NCBI GenBank assembly: GCA_963514005.1
Contig: OY740821.1
Location: 13,950,001 to 14,014,000 of the forward strand
Origin: Raja brachyura
Lineage: Eukaryota
Direction of reading: 5' to 3'
Length of the DNA stretch: 64,000 nt
Both the position numbers and the translations under genes were made by a program. The notes below the pieces were generated by a model, which saw only the letters and a list, made by a program, of their open reading frames with translations, searched no databases and was not told the origin of the DNA. How positions within the stretch are numbered: the stretch's first letter is position 1; each line of letters opens with the position of its first letter. This document shows, piece after piece, positions 1-46,336 of this stretch.

Positions 1-644
1 CTTTTACAGGACTTTGGCCTCTCTGCACAGCTAGCATCATCCACCTGTTGAAACAGCAGGAAGCTCTCAGTAGCATCAGTCTATGGATGTTAAGTGTCAT
101 AAGTAGTATGAATCTACAATCGTGAAAAAGCCTGGTGGACCAGGAGCTAATTAATTGGGATTTGGTTGTCCAGCAGCTCATTATACAATCTTTAACTTGT
201 TCGGTTTTGCAACTTCCTAGGATTGCAGAGTTGCAAATTTATTAGTCCATCAGCATGACTGCAACTGCATCATACTGGCAGTTTAAGGGTACCTGTTCAA
301 ACAAGGTAAACAGCAGGTATCAATCCCAGAGGAGTTTCTCCCTGGACTCTTTCTATTCCACAGAGAACTAGATTGGGAATGATTCTGATTTCTACATTCA
401 TAGTATCTGCCTAAATCATCAGGGGCTGATTTGGATGGGCATGTCCAGTCTTTTTTGCATATTGGCTCCGTTCCAGTTACAATATAATTTCCCCCCTTCA
501 ACATCAAAAGGGTATGAGGGTTATTTAACTTTAAACCTTTTCCATTTATGTTGCACTTTTGATGTTACAAGACATTTAAAATGCACTTCACAGGAATGTT
601 ACCATATTAAAAATGATGATGCAGGCAAAGAAGATAATAGGAGA

Positions 645-824
645 CACAAAAGGCTGGAGAAACTCAGCGGGTGCAGCAGCATCTAAGGAGCGAAGGAGAT
701 AGGCGACGTCTCGGCCCGAAACGTCGCCTATCTCCTTCGCTCCTTAGATGTTGCTGCACCCGCTGAGTTTCTCCAGCCTTTTGTGTACCCTCGATTCTCC
801 AGCATCTGCAGTTCCTTCTTTAAC
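645..824 (+). mobile_element. Short Penelope-derived (pLTR-like) insertion with inverted 5' half, forming a ~140-nt hairpin
   Basis: Arm cacaaaaggctggagaaactcagcgggtgcagcagcatctaaggagcgaaggagataggcgacgt is followed by its near-perfect reverse complement; 14-bp TSD aagataataggaga at 631-644 and 825-838. Confidence 0.75.
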
Positions 825-1495
825 AAGATAATAGGAGAGGTGTCTCAATGCAAGTCCTAAAAGGTAGATTTTCACGGACATATTTGCGGAAGACAAGTAT
901 GGTGGATAGTTCTAGAGGGAATGACAGTATTTACAATGTAAATATATTGTAGACATTGGTGTTATAAGTAGGATGAAGGAAATGGCCAAGAGTTGGTGTT
1001 CATCTATTTTGGAGTGGTGGAGGAATTTGAAAACTAGACGGAGGATTTTAAAACTGTTGAGGAAATAAGGGATAAAGATGAGTGCAAACAGTGGATGAAT
1101 ATGGCTACTTAAGAATGAGGACAAAGGCAGCAGAATTTTGAATAAGTTTATGAAGGAGGGATGTTTACAATCTTTATGAAAACTCGTTTGTTTTAATTGG
1201 GTGTTGCCCCACTTTTGTGAAAGACTATGCAGGCCAAGGCTGAAGACTTGCTACTTTATATTTTCTACATAAAGGCTGTGCCCCTTTACGAGAACTACAT
1301 TCAATAAAAACATCCAAATTGACTGTAACAGGATTAGAGTAAAAGGAATTTGAAGGCTAGAAAAACAAGTAATATGTTATGGGCAGCTTGCCTTGCTGCT
1401 CATTCTGTTCTGCAAATTAATTACTATTACATCGTACTGACTAGCTTTTGCCTCCACCCAATCTACTTACCATTTTTGTTTTAGGGGCATTGTAT

Positions 1496-1511
1496 GAGAG
1501 AGAGAGAGAGA
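1496..1511. repeat. (GA)n microsatellite
   Basis: gagagagagagagaga seen directly. Confidence 0.85.
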
Positions 1512-1690
1512 AGGAAACTGGATTTGTAACCGAAGCTTCATATGCATCACACACTAAACACTTCAATTCAGCTCCATCCTGTCTCCTCCTGCAACGGAAA
1601 TGCCTAATCTGCACTTACTTGTGAGGCTGCATTGCTAAATGTTGCCTGATATGTGCATCATTATTGAACTGTTTATACGACACTGTTTTG

Positions 1691-1723
1691 CTGATGATGC
1701 TGCCAGACTGGCAGCATCATCAG
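1691..1723. repeat. Perfect 16-bp inverted repeat with 1-nt spacer
   Basis: ctgatgatgctgccag-a-ctggcagcatcatcag. Confidence 0.9.
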
Positions 1724-4700
1724 TCTGTGCTTGTTTGGTTTTTTTTGTTGCTATATTGAAGTCATGCCTGCTCTCAGATTGACATGATAAAAGCTGGCGC
1801 ATCAACTTACTTTCACAGAAGAGGAATTCAGATGTATAATTGCAGTTTAAATTGGGGTGGGAGATTGCAACCTTCACGTGGTCCGCCCTGTTTCGACAAA
1901 TGCAATCAGCCCGGCGTGCATTTTAAATTAGTGAATATTCTGGAAGGTGTTCCAGATTTAAAATTCAATTGTTTTAATTTGCTGATAGCATCACTGCAAG
2001 AGCAACTTAAAAGCTTTGGTCCAAGCTCCTGAATGTGATTAGCATTTGAGTGACTCAGTTTTCCATTACTTTGAGTCATACAGGAAAATAAAGGCCAGAG
2101 TGAAAATTCCCCACGGGGGATGAACAAAGGCATTGGCCCAATAGACTGAGACGCCTGATTCTGACTGAAATGTCTATAATTCTAAGATTTTTCTTCAACA
2201 ATTGTAAGGGTCTACATGTTGATGCTAATGAAATCAGCTGTAAATGGGACCAACTTCAAATGATTGCTTTTATTGTGACACAGATAATGGATCGCTCGTG
2301 GTATTGCCCATGTCTGGGTCTGAAGCATCAGGATGCACATGCAATAAGTTGCAAAGGAGCTTGATTCTCTGCTGCCAACTTTGGGAATGGGTTCAAACTG
2401 TGGATGCCTTTATCAGTTGGAGGCTAATTGCTTTTGGTCACCTCCAATTCTGACAGCTGATTGACTCATGGTCTGGATCAGCAGTAACTGGGATTCAGTG
2501 CAGATTTATTTTTAAAGAATATGGATGTCGTACAATTAATCTAATGTGGTATCGTGCTGCTAACTAGGATTGAGCAGTGTTGTTTTTGGGCCATGTCTAA
2601 TTGTTAAGTAAACCTGGGCTGTTCAATTGAAGTGTAATTATTCTGGAGACATTGCACAGTGTTGTACTTTCGTTATAAAATGCAACATCTGGCATGTGAT
2701 GTCTGCATGACTGTTAATGGGAAAGAATGAGTATGAGTAATCTGGCTAGTTTGCATCATAATGTCTATTATATGTATCAAGCAAATTCCCATTAAAGCAT
2801 CAACTCTATGCGATGACAAAATCCCCACTTTTTTTCTCTCCCCATCTGCATTCCAGCTTTCCAGTTGGTTGCATGAACTTTTGGAGAGGGGAACAGGATT
2901 TATTTTCCTTTCTAAGCAACCAATAAGATATGGAAACATGTGATTCCCTTTCAGCCAACATAACTCTTTCCTGAGAAAGAAGTGAGTCACAGTCCTAAAT
3001 TGTAGCTGGCCTATTGCTCCCACCCTCTTCCTGATCTGCTACTCCTTGGTTTCCCATTATACCCTTTCTTGTCTCATCAAATTATTAGCCGTACTTTGAA
3101 AAGTGTACATTTTCCAGGGAGGAATGATAGTTGCCTCTATTTAGTTGGCCCATACTTCGTGGGTGGTGAGAGGTGTATGTTTTTCCTTAAATTATCTCTT
3201 TTACCTCAATGGTACATTTGTAACCATATGCCCACTCCTTCTCTTGGGCATTGCAGGCAATGATCTTTCCCAACTGAAATTAAAAGGTATGTTTTGAACA
3301 TTTAAGGATTTATTTTTAAATAGTAAATTATGTATTTTTAAATACTAAATTTCTAAAGGATGGCAACATTGAGAAGAGTACCAAAGAAAATAAAATGAAC
3401 CAAGAATAGTGATTGGATATAACTTGCAGCTTGCAACCCAACGGTATGAATATTGAATAAACGAGTTTGGTATTACAATTGCGCATGCCCAGGTCATGGG
3501 TCATTTGGGATAAACGCTCTCGCCAGCTGAGCTACTGTGTATGTACGGACCTAAGTATTAATTTCAATGAGATGTATTAATGAATGTATCCGTCAAATAC
3601 GTCAGCAGTAGGCCACAGCGAACTGCAGGCTGCACAAATCCACAATTGTATCTATTTAAATTATTGGCTCAATACAGCACCAGCCTTGAAAACGCAAGAA
3701 TGCCTGGAACAAATCTGTCATTTATCAAATCCCTGGCATTAGCCCGAGTCACAGCCATTCAAATTCGATATTGATTTAACAAATTACAAGTTGTGTGGTC
3801 AACCAATTTGAGACAGTCCTTGCATTCCTGTCTAAACAACCTTCTTGGATTGATGGAAACGAGGAGAATGTGCTGTGTGGGGGGGTAGGTTGGAAAGTTC
3901 AGATTGGATTTGAAAAGACTGGTTAAACCTTTGAGGTAGGTTGGCTTAACTAAAGATGCTGTCGCTTTAACCTCTGGGGTTGATTCCAGTCTGTCGGGGC
4001 ACACAGTTGGGAGCCGGGTCCAGGTGACTCTGATAATTATGAGAATTTGCAGCCATTTGAACCGCAGCCAAGCTAGAGGCTTCACTCGGGAGTGGGTCGC
4101 GGCTCCCCAGCTGACGGGACCTGTTCTCGCTCTCTTTGAAGGAGGCACCGCCCGCTGCATGGTCCCAATGGAGAGCAATTTCTTTCATTTTTATAAACCT
4201 GCTAATGAGTGAGAATAGTCATTCCAAATGTTCTTGCTGTTCATGGGGCATTATGAAATCTGTTAACTGTTCTAACTATTTATGATGTATCAGGAAATTT
4301 GGCAAAAAAGCTAAATTCAAGTCTGATCTATGCATTCATTAATTAGCAGAGTCTTTAAACAACACTATCTTGAGAGGTGTGGAATCATTAAAGATGAGTT
4401 ATCACACTTCTAAGGAAATTGAAGCAATAGTTCCCTTTACCACTTGCTCATCCTCGTATCTTCTCATGGCCTATCCTTTTGCCTTTATGATGATCCTTGT
4501 GATGCTCCAGTTTCTGGGGAAGTGCCAATTGGAAGGGTATATTAGGTACAACATCTGTTATGCATGAGAAATGATGTGCAAAGCTACATCACAGGATTAC
4601 TGGCATGCTAAAGTCAGAGCTAAGTGATCAGATCAAAACGTTACAGCCCTGCAGTATCTGGGACCACAGCTGAATTCTATGACCAACATCAAATGTGGAC

Positions 4701-5191
4701 CACCGAGCTAAATTGCAGAGGTGGGGTGAGTAGCTGTCCTTGACATTTGACAAGTGTGACAAAGAGTCCAAGTGAATGTTGTATAATCTTTTCTAGTTTG
4801 TGTTTGGATGTGCTTTGTGATTCCAAAACCAGAATAAAAAACAGCAGAAAGAAATCAAGTCACCTTGGATCCCAAGAAGCAGTCATCACATAATTTCCTT
4901 ACTAACCTACCTGCAGTTCAAAATGGATCCAAGTCAGCAATGAACTCCCTCTAGATGTCTTGTTGGCTCAGTGGAATTCTGCTGAGATGACCTGTTAGCC
5001 AGTTTAGGACAAGCCTCAAGAACGCTACTGTTTCAGTCCAATGCCTAATATGGCCCTACAGTTAGACCCAAACTGCCTTCTAACCCAGGCAGTGCTTTGG
5101 AACACCTGCTCTGCAAGAGTCTAATATTAGATTTAAATAAGCCAAAGTGGAGAAAACCTAGATGCTTATTTTGACTTCAATCCTTCATATA

Positions 5192-6155
5192 CAGTGCATT
5201 CAGAAAGTATTCAGACGGCTTCACCTTTTCCACATTTTGTTACGTTACAGCCTTATTTTAAAATGTATTAAATTCTTTTTTCATCATCAATCTACACACA
5301 ATACCCCAGAATGAAGAAGCAAAAACAGGTGGTTAGACATTTTTGCAAAGTAATTAAAAATAAATAACTGAAATTTACATAAGTATTCAGACCCTTAGCT
5401 AGGTTCATCCTGTTTCCATTGATTATCCATGAGATGTTTCTACAACTTGATTGGAGTCCACCAGTGGTAAATTAAATTGATTGGACATGATTTGGAAAGG
5501 CACACACCTGTCTATGTAAGGTCCCACAGTTGACAGTGCATGTCAGAGCAAAAACCAAGAAGATATTGTCCGTAGACCTCCGAGACAGGATTGTGTTGAG
5601 ACACAGATCTGGGGAAGGGTATAGAACAATTTCTGCAGCATTGCAAGTCCCAAAGAGTACAGTGGTACAACGACCATAAACACACAGCCAAGACAATGCA
5701 GGAGTGGCTTTGTGACAAGTCTGAATGTCCTTGATAGTCGGAGCCCGGACTTGAACCCGATCTAACATCTCTGGAGGGAGGGACCTGAAAATAGCTGTGC
5801 ATCGACACTCCCCAACCTGACAGAGCTTGGGAGGATCTGCAAAGAATGGGGGAAGTTACCCAAATACAGGTGTGCCGAGCTTGTAGAGTCATACACAAGA
5901 CTTGAGGCTGTAATCGCTGCCAAAGGTGCCTCAACAAAGTACTGAGTAAAGGGTCTGAATACTTATGTTAATGTGATATTTCAGTTATTTATTTTAAATT
6001 ACTTTGCAAACATTTCTAAACACCTGTTTTTGCTTTTTTTATTATGGGGTATTGTGTATAGATGATAAAAATAAATGTAATCCATTTTAGAATAAGCCTG
6101 TAATGTAACAAAATGTGGAAAAGTGAAGGGGTCTGAATACTTTCTGAATGCACTG
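5192..6155 (+). mobile_element. Tc1-family (IR/DR type) DNA transposon, internally deleted, non-autonomous
   Basis: TA|cagtgcattcagaaagtattcagac ... gtctgaatactttctgaatgcactg|TA. About 200-bp inverted repeats with inner direct repeat aagtattcagaccctt (5381) and its complement near 5950. Transposase remnants SVDLRDRIVLRHRSGEGYRTISAALQVPKSTV and a degenerate PDLNPI motif, with the catalytic core deleted. Confidence 0.92.
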
Positions 6156-7229
6156 TAAATAAGATATGTTGTAAAATTGACAGAATGCATTTTTAACAGC
6201 AAACTAAGTATTTTGCATTCTTGGGGACGTTTCCTTTGTCCATTTAAATGTCACTGAACATTCTAACACGCAGACAGTTTAACGTTAGACCAGTATCAAT
6301 GTTCTCTGTGCGTATAATGCTGATGTTTGCTGGGAGATGCCTCCTTAGAGGCTACTTGTACCTCTGGCCATTCATTATGATGAATGGGTCAGTTATCTGA
6401 AAATACATTGCGTCAGCATAGGCCATGGAACAGAATACCAATAACCATTAGCAAGTTTCCAGATAAATGGTCATATCTAAATGTCACTAGATAGTCGCAA
6501 CTGATACTTAATTAAGATCTGATTATGGAGATCTTCTGTTTGTATTGATTCATCCATCAATAATTTAAATTAATGAATCAAACAAGATATGAAGGCATAA
6601 TGATGAATTTACTTCTCAAAATTCTGATGCCTCAGCAAAACATCTGCAGACATAAGATTAAACACAGTTATGGCAGTTGGGAAATTTAAACTAAAGTCAT
6701 AAATTTGGAAATTGGCATTGTTGATGATAACCATTAAACTGAGTTGCAAAATCTTTTTTGGAAGAAAATCTGCCCTCAACACATCTGATAAGGATATGGC
6801 CTCCACACCCCCAGTAATCTAGATGATATAAGAGTCCACGTTACCTAATTGGATTAACATTTTAGTCAAACTATGCACAATTTGAAAATACTGAGAAAAA
6901 TAAGCATTTTCTTAACCACCTTGACTGTGAAGTATGCAATATCATGGAAACACTGCAGCTGGTAGTTGGTATAATTTGAATGAAACTGTGCATTCTGTGC
7001 TCACTATTCGCAGAACATCTTTGAATAATTAGTTCACAGAAGAATGCAATTTAAGCCTGGTAAGTTTTTGCAGTGAATCAGCAGGAACGACTTCTGAAGA
7101 AAGAAGGGTCTGGCAAACTCAACGCTGGTGTACATAATTTGAGCTTGAAGTTGGAGACTGTTCAAGTTTAGGATTTAATTTCCCTTCTTCTCGAGCAATC
7201 CCTGTGGACTACAGATAACTTCTGTTCAT

Positions 7230-7850
7230 ATTTTGAGTTGACAGATGGGATCAATGTGGAAATTGCAGACTCTCTTTCCAGATGGAGTAGGAGGTGGCTG
7301 ACTGGAGTGGACGAGTGGATAAATTGAGATGTTCCATGCCTTCAGCTGCTTACATTGGGCCTCTTTGTAGTCCCATTGCATCGATTTGGCATTCTTTAGA
7401 CCATCCAAAGTGCTCCTCCATTTTCTATGAGTGGCCATAGCCAGTGATCCCACATTAGGATGCTTTGAGGATATTCTTGAATCCTTTATCCAGCTGGTAA
7501 TCTCCTGTGACAGAATAAAGGGTCTGTTTCAGGAGCCTGGTGTTGGGTATGCAAATGATGTGACCGACGAGAGCAACTAAGTGTAACTAGGGCCAAAGAT
7601 TTGCAGGTTTGAACATTAATTGGCCTCTGTAAATTGTCCCTGGTGTGTAGGAAGTGGATGAGAAAATGGGATAACATAGAACTAGTGTGAACAGGTGATC
7701 GATGGTGGGCCAAAGGGCCTGTTTCCGTACTATATCTCTAAACTAAGCAACACTCTGGAAGATGTGGACCATTTCCCCAGGAGCCAGTCCTTGGTGAATC
7801 AGACATGGAAGCAGTGGGGAAACTTCAATGTTCCAGCTGAGCCCATGATC
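7230..7850 (-). mobile_element. Old degenerate RTE-like LINE 3' fragment, interrupted by a SINE piece
   Basis: Minus-strand peptide GSLAMATHRKWRSTLDG resembles the RTE C-terminal W-x-x-LA-x-x-R-x-x-WR motif; heavily decayed. Confidence 0.35.
7590..7748 (+). mobile_element. HE1-type V-SINE, 3' part
   Basis: ttaattggcctctgtaaattgtccctggtgtgtagg...gggccaaagggcctgtttcc...tatctctaaactaa; similar to 41690-42006. Confidence 0.7.
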
Positions 7851-8643
7851 GATTTGTGGAAAATGCACTACTTACAAACAGCCTTTGAAGCCTTTACTAC
7901 CATTTAAGAACAAAACATTGGGCAATTGAAAATGTGGTTTCCTGAATGAGTCTGAATCTGATATTACTGCCACGGTGCTAGTTTTTTTTTTTAATTTTGA
8001 GGTCCTTTTTCTGCACGCTATCAAGCAAGGCAGCTGGCGCTGACTTAAATCAACATTTCCTACATCAGATAAAAGCATCTCGATGGATGTTGTCATCATT
8101 TCGGCTCCTCAAGCCTGAAATGGTCATGGATCATTTTCTTTAAACTCATTAGCCTGTCCTGATCCATATACTTTGCTAGAAATCTATCAATCTCCATCCT
8201 GAACATTTCAGTGAACTGCCAATTCCCCGAGCATTCAGGAAAGTGAGTTTCAGAATTGGCCAAAGCCTGATTTTTTAAAAAAGTCTTAAATCCCAGTAAG
8301 AGTCGTACTACACCAGACTGGAGGCCTGTTTATGAATGGAAGAATAGGAGCAGATATAGGATTAAACTGGAACACCAGTTAGCGATGTGGTTGAATATGT
8401 ATCCTGCTACCTGGTGTCAGAATTCTGAAATTTGGGCACGCCATGCGAGAATGGTTTGAATCTGAATGTGTTTAGAAAAATTAAGTAACTTCTCCAAAAT
8501 CTGTAACACAGAATGATCTGCAGAAAAAAAGTAGTTTTTCTCTTCTGGCAAACAATGTGGCTTTCAGTGTTTTGTTTTCAGTTCAAATAAAATGGTTTCA
8601 ACTCTACACACAACTTGGGCATACAAATAGGTATACCTATCCC

Positions 8644-9201
8644 GTTGGGAGGTCATGTTGCAGTCGTACAAGACGTTGGTGAGACCGCATTTAGAATATT
8701 GTGTTCAGTTCTGGGCTCCATGTTATAGGAAAGATATTGTCAAGCTTGAAAAGATTTACGAGGATGTTGCCAGGACTAGAGGGTGTGAGCTACAGGGAGA
8801 GGTTGAGTAGGCTGGGTCTCTATTCCTTGGAGCGCAGGAGGATGAGGGGTGATCTTATAGAGGTGTGCAAAATCATGAGAGGATTAGATTGGGGAGAGGC
8901 ACAAAGTCTCATGCCCAGAGTAGGGAAATCAAGGTGAAGGGGAAAAGATTTAATAGGAATCCGAGGGGTAACTTTTTCACACACAAGGTGGCGTGTTTAT
9001 GGAACAAGCTGCCAGAGGAGGTAGTTGACGCTGGGACTATCCCAACGTTTCAGAAACAGTTGGACAGGTACATGGATAGGAGAGGTTTGGAGAGATATGG
9101 ACCAAGCGCAGGCAGGTGGGGCTAGTGTAGCTGGGACATATTGGCCGGTGTGGGCAAGTTGGGCTGAAGGGCCTGTTTCCACACTATCACTCTGACACTC
9201 T
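8644..9201 (+). mobile_element. CR1-clade LINE (HER1-like) 3' fragment
   Basis: Peptides LVRPHLEYCVQFW and RRRMRGDLIEVCKIM; 3' tail gggctgaagggcctgtttcc shared with the HE1-type SINEs. Confidence 0.9.
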
Positions 9202-11291
9202 AGGTAGCATTCCAAAGCTTCCCATGTAGTGTGTGATTAGTAGTGTTTGTAAATAATTGGTGTCAGTAGTTGTTTATGTTTACTAAAACACTGACATTGC
9301 AGTTGCTTAAAATTACTGCTGAGCTGAAAGTGCCTCTAATTCTGTAGCCTCGCCCCACAATCAATTTCGATTCTGACAAGCGGCTTTTATTAATCTTAAC
9401 AATTCTAGTCCTTGACTAGGGTGGGGAAGAACAGTCAGCATTTTAAAATAATAGATATACAGATTTTCCAAAATGCCAAGTGTTACAAGCAATGTGCTGT
9501 TGGGGAATCCGGTTTTAAAATCTTGCTTTTTTTTTACTGGGGGAGGGGGGGCTGAAAGAGGAAATGTGTTTCATTTGTAAACCATGCGATAGTTGCCATA
9601 ATTGGATGTGTGCGTTCTGTGGCAAATATAGATTTTTTCAAACTTTTTTACTGGGAATCAAAACAGTTCCCAGAATTCTGTTGGAAGTCTTATTCTTCAT
9701 AATGGCTATAAACTACTGGTTTCTAATATTAATTGTTTACAAAGTGTTTTGCATCTGCTATACAAGAACACAAATAGAAGCAGGAGTAGGTCATTTGGTC
9801 CCTCTATATTGCCCTTTCAATAAGTTCATGGCTGATCTTTCATCTCAGTGCCGTTGACTACAATTGGATTGACAGCCACACCTAATCCATTCTATATCTC
9901 CAGCAGCCTGGCTCCAAACCAAAGATCCACTCTAAGATCTTTGCTACAAACCATTAGTATCAACAGAAATGTTGCCACAGGAAGATCAATATCAGAGCTC
10001 TTAACCATAAAATGAGCTTGTCTCAGACGGTGCCTCGCAGATAACCTGGCAAATCTCTGCTTCCAGGAGTCGCAGAATATCCATAGATAGGAGCTCTGAA
10101 GTCCAGCATACAGGACAATCCAAGACCTTGCCCCACTGAGAGCTAGGAACTGAGGTGAACTAATCAGGGACAGAGGCATTCTGTGCTTGCTAAAAGGAAT
10201 GCTTTGAACAGTTCCTTAACTATGACTAAAGCTTGGTGCTGAAGATCTTCAGTCATTAATCCACAACCTCGCGGCTGTGACATCTACAAGAAAGGAGGCA
10301 TGACTGAGTATGGTAACATTAGAGGAGTCTCCCACAGTAAAGTCTTCACCATAGACTTCAATCGCCTCCTGGTGGCCAAACAACTGCTCCCAAATTGCAG
10401 CATATCCATCCAAGGGCACAGTGGGCATGAACTTTACTGTGTGGTAACACCAAGAGAATACTGGGAGTAGCATCAGTTGTTCTACTAGGTTCTTATAAAT
10501 CTCACCTGAAACTTTTGATTCCATTTAAAAAAAGAGATTGGAGCACTGTCATTATAAGGCTGTCCACAGAAACGTGTATCCAAACAATGCTATAAAAGTA
10601 CCAAAGATATGAAAAGATCTCCTCATGCGGAGAAGATAAAATGTTGCATGAGAGATCAGTAACTAAAGGACATAGCTTTATGTTCAATAGTTCGAAATTT
10701 AGAGCGGACTGTGGATAGCTTTATTTCTCTCACTTACATGGGTGTTTCTAACTCGCTGACTGACCGGCTGGTGGAGGCAGAACCCCCCCCTCCACATTTA
10801 AAAGATCTGGATGAGCACTTGAAGAGCCATAAACCACAAGTCAAAGGAGATGCGATTTAAATTTAAGTCAATTTTTGGCTGACATGGACACTGTGTGCCA
10901 AATGATGATTTCCTCAACTTCGACCATGGTGGTTAAACAATATTAAATAGCAATTTGCTGCAACCATTTGCTGTTTTATCTAATGCTAGGGTGAGTCTTC
11001 CTCAGGCCACTTGTGATTATTAATATAAGAGGTATAATATATGAGAGGTATTGTGAAGATTTTCACCTTAACTAAAGTGTGTGTTTGCGTTGAGAAATAT
11101 TGAAAGGATCAAACATGACACCATGCAAGGGTAATTTCCAAGCCAGAGATTTTTATGTAAACTTAATTCCAAAGAGTGCAAGAGAGAATTACGTAAACAC
11201 TCTGGAGAAAGCTGCATTGTAAATGCTGCAAACGCCCTGGATTGATTTATTGATTAGTTTATTAAAAATTGGCAATGTTTCCTTTTCACAG

Positions 11292-44455
<33,164 letters not shown>

Positions 44456-45079
44456 AACGATAGTTGCCTTAATAAGCCCATCGTTCAGTTTGGTTTATGA
44501 CCAACTATTTTTAAATTGTTTTGCTTCCACTGAAGTATTTTGTGCCGCTTTAAGTATTATGTTCAATTTTTTTTTAATTGTTTTTATATTCATTGTTCAT
44601 GTTTTAGCTTTAATTCACAAAGCAATTCCAAAGACTATAATCGGAGTATTAAGTAAGTCACTGCTCATTCTGTTTACTATAATTCTCGTTTGAAAACTTA
44701 TCTTGTTTCAGCATTTTATGTTGCATAAGGTCAATTCTAAGGGCACTTGGTTGTGTTTGTCCCTTGGAAACTGTTTATTTTCCTCTCAGATCCAGTTGGA
44801 TGGAAGTGAACAATAACATCCTATATGGGAGATCCTGCTAAGGGTTTTTTCTAAGGGTTACAAAACTGCTTGCCATTTAATGGAGCGAGGAGCAATTCAT
44901 TTATTTAATTCATTTAATTGGAAGAAGCCCCCCCCCTCCCTGATATATGGAATTGTGTTTCCAGGAAAGTTTAAAAAAAAAACAATACAAACACCCGCAT
45001 TTGTGAGGGGAGAATTTAGTATCAAGGTGACTGAAGTGCCATTTTTTGGACCAGTGACCATAAATCTATTAACTTTAAA

Positions 45080-45500
45080 ATAGTTATGGGGGAAAAGAAA
45101 AACACAGGTTTTGAAGGTATTAGACAGGAACTTGCAGAGTTTGATTGAGAGATACTGTTCACAAGTAAAGGGATGTCTGGCCAGTGGGAAGCTTTTAAAG
45201 GGTGAGATGGAGAGAGTTCAGGGACAGCACGTTTCTCTTGGAGTAAAGGGCAAGGCTGGCTGGTATAATGAACCCTGGTTGATGAGGATATTAGGGCACT
45301 CATCACCAAAATGGAGATATTTTGGTATAGGCAGCTGGAATCAAACATATTCCTTACGGAATGTAAGGATTATAAGAGTATAGAGTTAGGGGGAAAAATC
45401 ACGATGGCAAAAGAGAAAGTGCGAGCTCTGACAGACAAGATCAAGGTACATTCTAAGAGATTATTCAGGTACATCGAGAAAATAAGGACCCTTTAATGAT
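45080..45500 (+). mobile_element. Decayed CR1 ORF2 internal fragment in the ESYT1 3' flank
   Basis: cagtgggaagcttttaaag (QWEAFK), NEPWLMR, KRLFRYI-like remnants. Confidence 0.6.
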
Positions 45501-46240
45501 CAACATTTTCATATGCTGAAATCAAAACAATTTTTGGAAACGAGTAGCTACAAAAATCCTATTCTTTATTTATGTAGCCTGGAAGGGGGGGGGGGGGGTG
45601 GTTCTGGGGAGACATCCTCAGCAATATAACAGCATTGGTAATGCAGCTACTGACTGGGCAAAAGTACACTAACCCATCCTACCCACTGTAGTTTGGATCA
45701 ATTTCAACATCAATTAAAAAGTGTTCAAAGATGTTTAACAAGTCAGTAAGTATAAGAACAATATACTAACAAGCAAAGCTGTGGAGCCACTGGAAATCAG
45801 CAATTCAAAACTGAAAACATTGAAAACCCTCAGCTGGTCAGGCAGCATCTGTGAAAAAAGAGATAATGTTTCAGATCAAAGATTCTTTACTGGATCAAGT
45901 TACTAAGAGAAGTGAAAATATTATTTTGATAGGTTTATTTACTATGTTAATAACCTGACAAAATCAGTAATCTATTGGAAATATGCCTGAAGCCAAGTAC
46001 TGGGGCTCACCAGATCATACACCGGGTCCCATACCAGGTGAAGTACCAGTGAGCTGTAAATTCCATTTAGCTGTCTCATGCCACTTATCTATACTCTCCT
46101 TCCCAAAATCTCAGCAAGCTCAAAAGTCCTCTCAAAAGAGAGCGGAAAAAGGAAGCAGCAAACACAACCAAGCGGTGGCCATTTTATTGTGGAAACAGGA
46201 ACATGGAATATCTTCCAAATGGGTCTGGTAAAATGGGTCC

Positions 46241-46336
46241 GGTCTGAAGGAGGGTTTCGGCCCGAAACGTTACCTATCTCCTTCGCTCCATAGATGCTGC
46301 TGCACCCAATGAGTTTCTCCAGCATTTTGTGTACCC
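46241..46336 (+). mobile_element. Short Penelope-derived insertion with mutated hammerhead-like core
   Basis: 13-bp direct repeat tgggtctggtaaa at 46220-46232 and 46337-46349; ctgaaggagggtttcggcccgaaacgtt. Confidence 0.72.

Noticed and set aside
3490-3540. tRNA gene on the minus strand (tagctcagctggcgagagcg)
   Set aside because: Only an A-box/D-arm-like piece; no T-arm/B-box or acceptor stem follows, so at most a SINE or tRNA fragment
3759-4178. 139-aa minus-strand ORF
   Set aside because: Non-ATG start, no recognisable domain, no supporting splice structure; explained by locally higher GC
9892-10524. Two ~90-aa minus-strand ORFs
   Set aside because: No recognisable family motifs; probably chance frames or very old TE sequence
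1-11291. ESYT1 first coding exon (membrane hairpin)
   Set aside because: No ORF with the hydrophobic hairpin ending in LP-x-W before a donor was found; the region looks like intron 1
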